Made by a program: the position numbers and the translations under genes. Below the pieces are notes generated by a model. It was not told where the DNA came from. It saw only the letters and a program-made list of their open reading frames with translations, and did no database searches. 52,192 nt of DNA from a virus (Duplodnaviria > Caudoviricetes). Of the stretch, positions 17,541 through 28,300 are shown in pieces. How positions within the stretch are numbered: position 1 is the first letter of the stretch; every line of letters begins with the position of its first letter. The stretch covers positions 1 through 52,192 of the IMG/VR virus record IMGVR_UViG_3300046167_000237; one strand, written 5' to 3'.

Positions 17541-17975
17541 ATGAGTGAAGTAGACAGTTGGTCTGTCTTTGAAGACACGGCCAGCACAGCACAAACCGCT
17601 GATATATCAGCAAATAAACTTGAGCCGCTTGCAGATGAGTACGCAAAACTCAAGTCACAAAGCGAGGCTATCGCCGACAGACTAGGCCAACTCGAAAATG
17701 AGATTGCCTATCTATTCCCCGAAGAAGCAGGGGAAATCGCCCAATCCACCACAAAGTTTGAGGTCATAGTGTCTCGCTCTGAGCGTTGGTCTTGGGACAA
17801 AGAAGCTCTGGAAAGAAAGTTCGGTGAGGGCAGTCTTCCTGACCACATCAAGCGCAGTCTTAGCGTGGACAAGCGCAAGTTTCAGAAGTTGCCACAGCAT
17901 GAGCAAGAAACCTTGCGCTATGCACTAACCCGAAAACTGGACAGACCGAAAGTGAAGGTGATCCCAAATGTTTAA
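17541..17975 (+). CDS. hypothetical protein of the recombination module
   Basis: RBS GGAGG; coiled-coil followed by WDKEAL...LSVDKRKF. Confidence 0.7.
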   Translation: MSEVDSWSVFEDTASTAQTADISANKLEPLADEYAKLKSQSEAIADRLGQLENEIAYLFPEEAGEIAQSTTKFEVIVSRSERWSWDKEALERKFGEGSLPDHIKRSLSVDKRKFQKLPQHEQETLRYALTRKLDRPKVKVIPNV

Positions 17976-18747
17976 GCCAATGTCGACGTCGGACGTGACA
18001 GAAAATGAACCGACAAAAACTCTATTGTATGCCCATCATGGCTACGGCAAGACCTATCAATGTCGCTACTATCAGAAGCGATTTGGCAAGGGCTTGATCT
18101 TATCTGGTGAAGCAGGGCTAAAATCTATTGAAGATGTAGCTATTGATTATCTGCCCTTCTCATCATGGGATGGCAAGCAAGACCCAGACAACGGCATCTA
18201 TTCGTTTCGTGGCATCTGGTCATTCATCGCATCTCCAGACTTCAAGAAGGCTGGCTACAAATGGGTAGCTATCGACAGCCTGACTGAGTTGTCTGAGCGT
18301 CTGATTGAGCATCTTGAGAAACAGCATGAGGGCAACAAGAACGCCTTCGCCATGTGGGGTGATTACAACCGCATGATGTTGGGTGCGCTCAAGGCTGTTC
18401 GTGACCTGCCTGTGCATGTGTACGTCACATGTCTGGCCAAGGAAGAGAAAGATGCGAACGACATGACGCATTACTGGCCGCTCGTCAAAGGCCAAGCGGT
18501 GTCTAAGCATGTCCCTGCATTGTTCGATCATGTCCTGTGCGGTGTCCGTACAACGGAGCCGAACGATCAAGGGAAGCCAAAGGTTCAGCGGTACATCGTG
18601 ACCGATGAGGTGTCTGGTTGGCACGGCAAGACGCGCGATCCGCGCAACCGTTTGAAGGCTTATGAAAAGTCAGATGACGTAACAGAATTACTGGCTCGGA
18701 TGTCTGCGCCAGAAGATGAAACATCACCCAAAGGAGAAAGCAAATGA
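17968..18747 (+). CDS. AAA_24 / Sak4-like ATPase
   Basis: LLYAHHGYGKT, EAGL, WVAIDSLTE; position next to SSB. Confidence 0.8.
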   Translation: MFKPMSTSDVTENEPTKTLLYAHHGYGKTYQCRYYQKRFGKGLILSGEAGLKSIEDVAIDYLPFSSWDGKQDPDNGIYSFRGIWSFIASPDFKKAGYKWVAIDSLTELSERLIEHLEKQHEGNKNAFAMWGDYNRMMLGALKAVRDLPVHVYVTCLAKEEKDANDMTHYWPLVKGQAVSKHVPALFDHVLCGVRTTEPNDQGKPKVQRYIVTDEVSGWHGKTRDPRNRLKAYEKSDDVTELLARMSAPEDETSPKGESK

Positions 18748-19232
18748 GTGATTGGAATGGATTTGGGTCTCTCGACCTATCAAAAGTAGAAGCTGGCGGT
18801 GGAAGCACACGTCTGCAACCCGGAACGTACACTGTGAAATGTACAGACGCGAAAGTCGAAGCCATTGGTAGCACGAGCAACAAGAAGCTCGTGGCAGACT
18901 TTGTTGATGCGGCAGGCACTGGTGACATCCGCATGAACTTCAACATCGTTCACAACAATTCACAGGCACAAGAGATTGGCATGCGTCAGTTGAAGTCTTT
19001 CTTGATTGCTGGCAATCACCCAAGCCCAGATAAGCCCGGTGATGTGGCCAGTCTGAAAAACCTTGAGTGTAAGATCATCGTCGGCATGGGTAAGCCGTGG
19101 ATTAATCGCGACAATGTCGAGGTGACGACCAGTGAAATCAAAAAGTTCATGGCGTTGAATGAGCAAGCTGCGTCTGCGGCTTCATCTGCACAAGCACCCG
19201 CAAAGGACTTGGACGACGAAATCCCGTTTTAA
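18744..19232 (+). CDS. single-stranded DNA-binding protein (DUF669-like)
   Basis: LQPGTYTV N-terminus; acidic DDEIPF C-terminal tip. Confidence 0.75.
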   Translation: MSDWNGFGSLDLSKVEAGGGSTRLQPGTYTVKCTDAKVEAIGSTSNKKLVADFVDAAGTGDIRMNFNIVHNNSQAQEIGMRQLKSFLIAGNHPSPDKPGDVASLKNLECKIIVGMGKPWINRDNVEVTTSEIKKFMALNEQAASAASSAQAPAKDLDDEIPF

Positions 19233-19241
19233 CAATAACAA

Positions 19242-19260
19242 GGGGGGCGAAACGCCCCCC
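19242..19260. terminator. GC-rich hairpin after the SSB gene
   Basis: GGGGGGCG-aaa-CGCCCCCC; T-rich tail only on the - strand. Confidence 0.45.
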
Positions 19261-19276
19261 AACCTTGAGGTAGGTT

Positions 19277-20092
19277 ATGAGCATAAAAGCTACGGAAGTT
19301 GTTGTTAAAATTGACGACGGATATGACAAACAAACAGAAGGCAGAGCCAGAGAATACATTGGGGCTTCGGGTGTCGGACATCCCTGTGACGCATACCAAG
19401 CATACAGTATGCGAGGATTTCCAAACACTGAGCCAGACGCTCGCCTCAAGCGCATATTCCGCTTGGGCCACATCCTCGAAGACGAAGTAGTCAAAGACCT
19501 TAAAGAAAAGGCTGACGTGCGGGTTTGGGAAGTTGATGGGCTGACTGGCAGGCAGCACACATATGAAGAATGGGAAGGCCACGTCGTCTGTCACATGGAC
19601 GGACACATCGAGTTGGACGACGGGATACTTCGCGTCTTGGAAATCAAGTCGATGAACGATGCCTCATTCAAAAAGTTTAAGAAGGATGGCGTGAAATATT
19701 CGCATCCAAGATACTACGCCCAGTTGATGATGATGATGGGCATGTCAAAAATTCACAGCAGTTTCTTTATCGCTGTCTGTAAGAATAACTCAGAGTACCA
19801 TGCAGAGATTGTGGACTACGATGAGTTCGAGTTCAGCCATCTCAAGGAGCGCGTTCAACGTGTGCTTGATGGCGGTGCCAGAAAGATCAGTACCGACAGT
19901 TCAGACTGGAGATGCCGAGGATGCTTCAAGTCTGGCGCATGCTGGGAAGGTGCCGAGGTCGGCAAGAGATGCCAGACTTGTCAGTTCGTCAGGCCAAAGC
20001 CAGATGGTGGATGGCACTGCAACAAGCATGACAAAGACGCGTCTGTCTTGTGTCAAGATTACAAGCTCTACGAGCCGTTACCGAAGGAGTGA
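19277..20092 (+). CDS. Cas4-like PD-(D/E)xK exonuclease
   Basis: YIGASGVGHPC, GHILE, HMDG, LEIKS, YYAQL, C..C.....C cluster. Confidence 0.8.
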   Translation: MSIKATEVVVKIDDGYDKQTEGRAREYIGASGVGHPCDAYQAYSMRGFPNTEPDARLKRIFRLGHILEDEVVKDLKEKADVRVWEVDGLTGRQHTYEEWEGHVVCHMDGHIELDDGILRVLEIKSMNDASFKKFKKDGVKYSHPRYYAQLMMMMGMSKIHSSFFIAVCKNNSEYHAEIVDYDEFEFSHLKERVQRVLDGGARKISTDSSDWRCRGCFKSGACWEGAEVGKRCQTCQFVRPKPDGGWHCNKHDKDASVLCQDYKLYEPLPKE

Positions 20093-20096
20093 TGTA

Positions 20097-20408
20097 ATGC
20101 AGAAAAGTTTTGACACATACCGCGAAGATTACAAATGGCTATCGGAAGCAATATCTGAACGATCCGCTCAGATCGAGGACAAAGAGAACGAGATACTGTC
20201 CATATCAGACAGGCTGACAGAGTTGCTTGCTGAAAAATCTAGCCCAGAAAACAAAGCACAATACGCAAGAGCCAGAGAGAAGCGGACGCGTCTGCGCGAG
20301 GAATGCGTAAGCATGCGTGCAGAGCTTAGAGATGAAAGCGCAAAGCGCGATTGGCTGATGCTGGAAGTGAAAATATTTTATGGGGGAAGCACTATTGAAA
20401 CGCGATGA
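20097..20408 (+). CDS. coiled-coil hypothetical protein
   Basis: RBS AAGGAG, ATG 20097. Confidence 0.6.
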   Translation: MQKSFDTYREDYKWLSEAISERSAQIEDKENEILSISDRLTELLAEKSSPENKAQYARAREKRTRLREECVSMRAELRDESAKRDWLMLEVKIFYGGSTIETR

Positions 20409-20736
20409 AACTTTAGACATGGCCAAGGAACTTATCAATGGCCAGAGAGCAAAAGACTATGGCGATGCGTTTGAGAACCATGGTAAAATTGCCGATGGAT
20501 GGAACATAATTGTACGCGCGGCTATGAATGATCGGGGATACCTGACCGAACAGCACGTTATCTTGATGATGGATTGGGTCAAGACAGCTAGGTTGCTGAA
20601 CTGTCCTGACCATGATGACAGTTGGGTAGATAAGATTGGCTATTCAGCCTTGGGCGCAGAATTTACTGAGAACAACACTGAGATAAAGCAACGTCTCAAT
20701 ATGTTTACTGGCCAGCCAGACAAGATTAGAGGGTGA
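20380..20736 (+). CDS. DUF6378-like protein
   Basis: A.ELING.RA.DYGDA.EN...IA..W; K.ARL......DSWVD..GY.ALG.E. Confidence 0.75.
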   Translation: MGEALLKRDETLDMAKELINGQRAKDYGDAFENHGKIADGWNIIVRAAMNDRGYLTEQHVILMMDWVKTARLLNCPDHDDSWVDKIGYSALGAEFTENNTEIKQRLNMFTGQPDKIRG

Positions 20737-21357
20737 CTAAGTCAGCCACCCGTAAATCTTTTTCGTCTGTTCTTTCCTATCGTCGAGACCGTGATACCCA
20801 CCGTTCACACGACGTGTAATCATCTTAATTACTTCGTCCGATACACCGTCGTCTGCAAGCTGGAAGAGCTTGTTGCGCTGGAAAAACCAAAGCGCACTGT
20901 CGAACGCATACTCTTCTTCAAGCATTGATGGCGCGTTCAAAACCTCTGGCAGACGCATATCTTTTGCAAACAGTCTGTAATTTGTATGCCCGGTGCATTG
21001 AAGAAATCCTCGGCCAATAAACATGGCAGCTTCTTTTTCGTTAATGTTGCCCATCCTGCCTGCATATACTTTGCCTGCCAGCTTTTCTGGGTTGCGTGCG
21101 TATGGCTCTGCATCCTGTACAGTCCTAAAGCGAGTAGGCCAGACTTTCTGTATTCTTTCGGGGCTGCTGTAGTACAGACTTTCCTTCACGCGTTTGAAGC
21201 CACCACTCTCGTGAGATGCCTGACCTAGCAAATGGGCCGCGCGTTCTGGTGATAGCTCGTAATGATCGGCGATAGCCCGTGCAGTGTTGGGGCCAAAGGC
21301 TCCGTCTGCTGTTACTCCGCATTTCTCTTGCAGAAGTTTCATAGCTTTGTTTGTCAT
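20737..21357 (-). CDS. endolysin, glycoside hydrolase family 19 with N-terminal peptidoglycan-binding segment
   Basis: DG.FGPNT; HESGGF...E.L.Y; GRGFLQCTG..NY; ITRRVNGG..GL.DR. Confidence 0.85.
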   Translation of the reverse strand: MTNKAMKLLQEKCGVTADGAFGPNTARAIADHYELSPERAAHLLGQASHESGGFKRVKESLYYSSPERIQKVWPTRFRTVQDAEPYARNPEKLAGKVYAGRMGNINEKEAAMFIGRGFLQCTGHTNYRLFAKDMRLPEVLNAPSMLEEEYAFDSALWFFQRNKLFQLADDGVSDEVIKMITRRVNGGYHGLDDRKEQTKKIYGWLT

Positions 21358-21449
21358 TGTGATTTCCTTACTTCAACATACAGACGCAAGCAGTTCACAA
21401 TGGTATTGATGCTGACCATCAGGAGGAGGAATGCTTGCCAAGTCTCCAT
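21354..21449 (-). CDS. 31-aa membrane peptide in the lysis cassette (not in ORF track)
   Basis: METWQAFLLLMVSINTIVNCLRLYVEVRKSQ; TAATG and ATGA coupling. Confidence 0.55.
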   Translation of the reverse strand: METWQAFLLLMVSINTIVNCLRLYVEVRKSQ

Positions 21450-21784
21450 TATCTCGCGCCATTCGAGATATATTTGAGTTCGTTCTCAATGATTGCGACG
21501 CGTTGCTGAACTTCTGTGACCCTCGAAATCATGGATGCGAGACCTGAGATTTCTTCCCAGACTTCTTCCAGATCATCCCAGATGCGGCCAATGTCGTCGT
21601 TGTTGTTTGCAACATCACGCTTCAAGTTGATGTTGTCTTCTATGGCCATACGAGAGCCAAGCTGACTGACAGTTTCTTCGAGGCTTGATATGGTTGACGC
21701 CTGTTGTGAAACCCACCAGACGCCGCCTGCTAACTGAACTGCCATTGCGATAACCAAAGCAATCGGTAACTTAATATTATCCAT
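21449..21784 (-). CDS. N-terminal TM plus coiled-coil protein (i-spanin-like topology)
   Basis: MDNIKLPIALVIAMAVQLAGGVWWV followed by a heptad-rich region. Confidence 0.6.
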   Translation of the reverse strand: MDNIKLPIALVIAMAVQLAGGVWWVSQQASTISSLEETVSQLGSRMAIEDNINLKRDVANNNDDIGRIWDDLEEVWEEISGLASMISRVTEVQQRVAIIENELKYISNGAR

Positions 21785-21785
21785 T

Positions 21786-22172
21786 CTACTTCCTACCTCC
21801 GAAGAACTGCTTGCCACCGCGAATACCAATGGCGGCACAACAGACGACATAAACGAGGTAGGTGTACCACTCCGGCAACTCAGCCAGACGGTCAAAGCCA
21901 TTCTTTACTGTTTGTTCCAGACCGGGAATGAAGCAGAGGATCACCGGGATCAGCACGATGACGGTTACGAACTCATCCTTGAGAGAGTTCTGTGTGCCTT
22001 GCGCCATGATGCGCTCCCAGTCTGCGACAGACGTCTTCTCTGAGAGCATAATCTTTGCTTTTGCTTCTGCTTCAGTCAGCTTCAGCTTTGCTTCGGCGGC
22101 TTGCTTCGTTGTCTTTGCGTCTAGCCAACTACCTGCCAGACTTGCGATGGGGCCAAGTAATGCTTGTATCAT
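21786..22172 (-). CDS. holin, 3TM type
   Basis: MIQALLGPIASLAGSW...SLKDEF...LPEWY...GIRG; upstream of the endolysin. Confidence 0.7.
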   Translation of the reverse strand: MIQALLGPIASLAGSWLDAKTTKQAAEAKLKLTEAEAKAKIMLSEKTSVADWERIMAQGTQNSLKDEFVTVIVLIPVILCFIPGLEQTVKNGFDRLAELPEWYTYLVYVVCCAAIGIRGGKQFFGGRK

Positions 22173-22375
22173 TTTTCATGCCCCACCCATACAGCAAACG
22201 CACCCGTAAGTGCGCCTGTTACTGTTGCGGTCAACGCCGTTGCCTGTGTGCTGACGACGTCTTGGGGTAGTGACATGAACCACTCAATCACGCGTATATA
22301 CATGATGGTCATCACCAACATCATAATGCGCGGCATGATCTTCCACGCTAGAATTTTCTCCATTGCTACTGCCAT
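22169..22375 (-). CDS. small two-TM membrane protein
   Basis: W.IMPR.MM...WFM.L...Q.....TGA.TGAFAVW. Confidence 0.65.
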   Translation of the reverse strand: MAVAMEKILAWKIMPRIMMLVMTIMYIRVIEWFMSLPQDVVSTQATALTATVTGALTGAFAVWVGHEK

Positions 22376-22383
22376 GTTTCACC

Positions 22384-25300
22384 TCAATAAGATTTGCTCC
22401 AACTAGACTGCCATCCGCCTGTGTTGCCGCTTGAGGCTTCACCTGCTGTAGCGTCTACAATCCCTTCGCGGATACGTCTGTTGCCGCCGAGGATTGGAAT
22501 ACGGGTTGCGACCTCACGCATTGCTGAACGCTCTTTGGAGTTGCTGTTGTCACCTTCATCGAAGATGCCAGCAGTCACCTGCATTCCTGCATTGCCGAGA
22601 CCAAATGATGGGCCAAGAACAGTCGACCACATACGCTGTTGACCGTATGCACCGTTGTCTACTTGGCTCACTGCGGAGTGAATGACGTCGCCGAGCAGAC
22701 CAAAGCCGCCCATAACCATCATACTTTCTACATACCAGCCGAGGAAATCATTCTCGTCGCCATGCACTTTCTTGTCATAGCCAAGTGCTTTGAGAACATT
22801 CCTCTTGCGCAACTCTGGGCTGCGGTCATCTTCACCGCCGCGCATCTGGATCATGTCTTTTGCAGACAATGTAACGACGCCGAACGCTGGCCCGACAGAC
22901 GCAAGATACATGAGCGGTCTGAAGTTGCCTTGGTTTGCTTCGCTCAGTATGTGGCCTGTCATCCGTGACATCATCAGCGGGAAAGACTTCAGTTGGAATA
23001 CAAGTTGTCCAACAGGCGTCTGCGCCCACATCGGGATGTCGTTGGGGTTTGGCTGGAAGATAGCGTCGTCTGCGAACTTGATGACACCCATACGAACAGT
23101 GTCGTCTGACTGCATCAATGCCCGGTTGCCAAGGCTTTCCCCGGCGCGTTTTGCTCCGGGTAGGAACTCAGCTAGACCGTAATTCTTCAAGAAGCGGTGT
23201 GCCGTCTTGTATTGTGCAGACTGCTGCGCGTATGGAACGCCCGTCTTGAAGGTATCGAATGCTTTCTGCTGCATGGTTATGAAGGTTTCATAGCCAGTGG
23301 CACCTGCAATCATACGGTTCATGTCTGTCCACGGTGTGAGCAATGTCGCGTTGAAGAATGCGTGCGAGGCTTTGTTGTCTGGCGCACCGTACAGGTGAAC
23401 CATCCGCTCGTGTACAATGTTCTCCATGGCCACGCCGACGTTGCGGATCATCTCTCTGTATTGTGGGTCTTTTAGTTCTTTGAGGCTTTTTGCCCAAGAC
23501 TTAAAAGAGCCAGAGCGAATGATGGGCAAGCCCAAGTCACCGATAGATGTCAGGGTGGTAAAGCCAAGCAGGGAGACATTGTTAAAGAAGCGAAGCGAGC
23601 GTGACACTTTCATGCCAGTCTTGTTTGTGCCGTGCATTGGCTTCTTCATCAGAATACGCATGGCGTTATCTACATACTCTTCACCTTCATCGTATGCGAT
23701 AGAGCCAGCCTTGCCTTTGAAGTCGTTGAGTGCGCCGACAATCGCATCCACACGCTTGGCATAAACAGGATTTACCTTTCCGTCTGGGCCAAGTGTGGCA
23801 ATGTCCATCAACATCTGCCGCGCCCCAGCGGGGCCAGATGTGTTAGCGACTTCCATCAGTTTATCTACAAACTCGGACGCTTCTCCGTTGTCGCCTTGGA
23901 ATGGCATGCGAATTGTGTCGACCAAAGAAGCTGTCTCTTTGCGACCCTGCGGGTTCATCGCTGTGATGTCATATTCGAACTGCTTGTTCTTTGTTAGCAG
24001 TGCAATGATACCTTCCCGACCTTCTCTGCCGACAGTCATGTAGTCAGAGACCGCGTGGCTATTCACACCGAAGCGTTTCGCAGACGTCAGACGGCGGGAG
24101 CTTCCCTCCAAGTATTTAACGAGGATTGCTTCGAGGTCGTCTTCCAAGAACTTTTCTAGTTCATCTAAAATCCCTGTTTCTGCGTACTTATCAAGTTCGA
24201 TAACACGGGAGTAATCTACGTTCTCAAACGTAGAGTTCTTAGTTGTACCTTTAACTGGGATGAACACACCTTCTTCTGTCTCATCAAGCAGCTTGAGCAT
24301 GATGCCTTCAGCAAATGCGTTGGCCTCCGCGTCTGTGTAATCTGCGCCCATGTTGTTACGCTCGATCCCATAGTACCGCTTCATCTTCTCGATAAATTCT
24401 GCGCGGTTCTTGTGAATTGCTTTCTGGTTCCAGACTTGTGGCAAGTAGTTGGGGCCACGATTGCCTACATGGAAGCCTTCTTTGATAAGCTCGTTGCGCT
24501 CATTGGCTAGTGTCGCTCTGATTTGGCGGTAGATATTACGCTCGTCTGCGCTCAATGCCTTCTCTTGGCGAGACCCGTCGCCCCGACGCAATGCACGGAC
24601 AATACGGCCATAGGATTTAGGCTGTTCTTGCCCGATGCTCGCAGACGCCTTACGGAAATAACCGCGAAGGATACCGTCTGTGTCTGGCAGTGCAGCCAGC
24701 TTGTCAGCAATCGGCATAAACTTCTTTGCAAACCGCTGGTTCATATCAGGGTAATGCTCTTTGTACTTGTCACCAAGCCAGTGCATCCCTTGGTTCTTAA
24801 TCCGGGTCGACAGACGCTCAAAGTATTTGAACGGGCCAGCCTTGCGGACTGCCTGCTCTTCACTCGGAGACATGTTACGCTTGCGCATCATGGACATGAC
24901 TGCGCCAGTGATCGTGCTGTTCGTGCCTTCTTGCTCAAGAAGCTCACCGAATTGTCCAACTGGGATTTCGTCGATGCTGGAAACGCTCTCGTCCATGACA
25001 GCGTTGATGATGTCGCCGTTCACACCCTTTGGAATGGGGCGGTCAAACTCCATGATGCTGTTGTAGATCATCTCATCGTTGCTATCGAAGTAATCAGCGT
25101 CGATATGCTTGGCTTGCTCTGGGTTAAACAAGACCGCAGACGTGTGGGTTGTGGAAGATGCACGATATGTATCGCCATTCGCCATAACATCTTCGCCATC
25201 AGCCAATGAGTTGCGATGTGTCGTAAGCATGCCGTCATAGCCAAGGTCGTCTAGGATGCCCGTTAGTTCTTCCTGCGCGGCTGCGCGGTTACGGCCAGAC

Positions 25301-28300
25301 TTGATGAGTGAGTTCACCAGTTCGCGATACGCCGTTGTGCCATCGACCTCGACGCCTCCCATGGCGTCTTCGATGTGACGGAAGGTGCGCTCGCTCGTGT
25401 TACCGACCTCGTTCATCTTCGCCATGATTGACTTAACCATGGGGTGGCTTGCGCTGTATGACGCGGTGTCTCTGAAATCGACAGGCGTGTTCAGCTTGAT
25501 CACCATGGGCATGACATATGGGTCAATCGTAAGGCCACGCTCAGACAAACTCTCAGCTATGGCTTGTTCGTTTGCCACCAAGTCATCGAGGTGATCGCGG
25601 AACGCATCCAGTGTGCCAGTTGTAACGTCTGGGTTTATGCCAAGTTCATCTTCAAGTGCGCTAAACTCGCGGCGTACCTTAGAGATTTCGCGGCGTGTCT
25701 CCACCATATCCCAGATGTCCCAATCAAGGTCTTCCTTCTCGGCAGTTGGCAGGCCAAGCTCTTCAGCCTGCTGGAACATTGCTTCGACAGTCGGGCGTTT
25801 TGCATAGACTTCGCCAGCTACGTGCGGGTTTGCCGTTAGGTAGTAGCCGGGGCCATAGTTGCCGCCCTGCGAACGCTTGAAGATTGCATTCGGGTTGTCG
25901 TCTGTACGACGGAACACGTACCCTTTGGGTGTCCCGTGGTAGAAGACGTTTGGCGTCTGCGATGCTTCGTCAAAGCCAACGCCACCCTTAGTAAAGTTTA
26001 CAAGGTTAGCCATGCGAGGCTTGCTTGCAGAGTTTATCGCGTCTTGTGCGTAATCTGCCGCGTATGATGGATGTGCAAGGACACCGCCATCGAGCGAGCC
26101 AATCATCGGACGCTTCTCACCACTCTCGAACATATCACCGTACAGTGTCAGGCGGCGATAGCGACCTTTTACATCTGTGCGTCCAATCTGCCCGTTGGTA
26201 GCGTAGGCTGTGTACTCAATCGTGCGATCAATAGCACGATCTAAGGTGCTTCTCATGCGGACGTTGTTCGTATCGCCTGTGATTACACCGTCTAGGATTT
26301 GCGAGCGAGGCATTTCTTCGCGTGTGTAGCGATTGACTGCATCAGAGAACCATTCCTCTGCTATTGCCTGCTCACGCACGAACTCTGAGCGGTCTGCGTA
26401 TTTGCTTCCGATCAGACCCTCAATGCGGTTGCGCATTGTGCTGTCTAACGAGCGGTATGCTTCGACGATTGCTTCGCTTTCTTCTGGCTTCAGTGCGCCA
26501 GAGCGGACAATCATGTGCATCAGACCACCGATTGCTTCATCTGGTTTGCCATCGCCCTTGTTGAGTGCGGACGAAATGCGGCGAACCTGTTTGCGGAATG
26601 CGTTGAAGTCGGTTCCTCGGTAGTCGCCGAATACGCCGTCACCTGCAAAGCTCGGATCGCTACCTGCCAGACGTGACATGTCAGCAGTTCCAATCAAGTT
26701 TACGCTGTCTTCTCCGCCGCGAGATGTCTTACCGATAATGTTGTACAGGCGATATGCCATAGTGCGTGTTACGTTCTGTACGTCTGCGTCCCGGTGGGTC
26801 ATCAGAGACAGGTTCTCACGTACAGACGCACGGGCTGCGGCAGGCACGCCGTCAAGAGATGTAACACCTACATTGTCATTAACTTCACGCATGATCATCA
26901 GGCTGCTTTCGCGGAATGTGCGAGATATAATCTTGCCGCCAGTCTTGCGAGCCTTCTTCTTAGCAACGCGATACTGGGTTTCCCACAGTGCTTCATTCAA
27001 AGGTTGCTTTATCACCTTCGTAAATCGCACGAAGTAGTCTGTCTTCGAGTGCCGCACCGCCAAGCTCCATGATTTCTCTGCGAACTGGCACAGCCTTGGT
27101 TGGCAGAGGCGCAGCTTTTACTTTCGCAACTATCTCTGCCGCCACCTGATCGCCATAATCTGTACCGCGATGCTTGCGGAAGTCAGACTGTAGTTTCTTC
27201 AGCGACAAGGTTTTGACTGTATCTGCTACAGTTGGGTCTACGTTTGGCTTGTTCTTGCCAGTGTTGCGTGCGCGTTTGTTTTTCTGCGTCTTCGTATCGG
27301 CAGTTGCTTGCGCTGTTGTGCGGTCTTCTTTTGCCTTTTTGGCCTTGGCTGCTTTGCGCTTGGTGCCAGAAGGTGTGACGTTGCCGTCTGCACGAACTGG
27401 TGGCTGCGCTCCGCCTGTTACAGACGCAGGAACTGCACCAGTTGGTAGTTCAGCTTTGCCCTCTGCACGTTGATAACCAGCACCCAATGATTTGCGGACG
27501 CTTTCGATCATATGTTTGACGCTAGATTTCTCTAGCTTCTTGATCTGCCCCGGTACGCCATTGGCAGGAACGAACTTGCCAGCATAACCGTTGTAGTAGA
27601 AGTCGCGCAGCAAGTCTGCGACAGCTTGTGGGTCTGCAATCTCTGACATGCCAGAAAACTCGCCGCCTTCAAGGTAGCGTCTGGCTTGCGCCGCGTCGTC
27701 AATGCTGGTCAAATCTGATGGCTTGCCGCCAATGATTTCGTCGAGTGCCTTGAGCTTTTCATTCAAGACCTTCAGCATCGTCTGCGGCTGACCTTTAGGT
27801 GAGCGCAAAGCCAGTAATGGGCCAGAGCCACCAACACCGGGCAGAACCTCTTCGCTATTTCTGCCGACGCCAAGGATGTATTTACGCAATTCATCAAAGG
27901 CAGTGATGATCCCGTCTGCGCTGTCAGACGCAAACGCGGATTCGATGTCCTGCTCGATCATACCAAGCTGAACGTAGCGTTTCTGTATTGCTTTCCCTTC
28001 TGGCTTCTGAGGTGCTGCGTCTACCCCCAGTTGGAATGTACGCTCTTCCGCACGGTTCGGAAGTATCTTAGCGAACAGAGGCTCAAGGTTCGGGTCGATG
28101 CTTTCTTTGGCGAAAAATCTATCAAAGACTGCTTGAATATACTGCGTCATACGACGCCAGAATGACATGTCGCGGATGGCTACGTCTGAGTGGTTTTGCA
28201 TAGCCCACATAGCGAACTGATTTGCAAAAAACTCTTGGGGGTTTTTTGTCGTGTTCGTTGTTAAATTACCGTGTGGGTTTTCCATGCCAGTAAATGCAGG

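Noticed and set aside
4185-19217. Plus-strand GGACGAC copies (about 4185, 5572, 19211)
   Set aside because: They encode Asp-Asp inside genes and lack an A2/T6 hexamer at 18-19 bp.
19277-20092. CRISPR-Cas system suggested by the Cas4-like nuclease
   Set aside because: No repeat-spacer array or other cas genes were seen; the ATPase-SSB-nuclease context is a standard phage recombination module.
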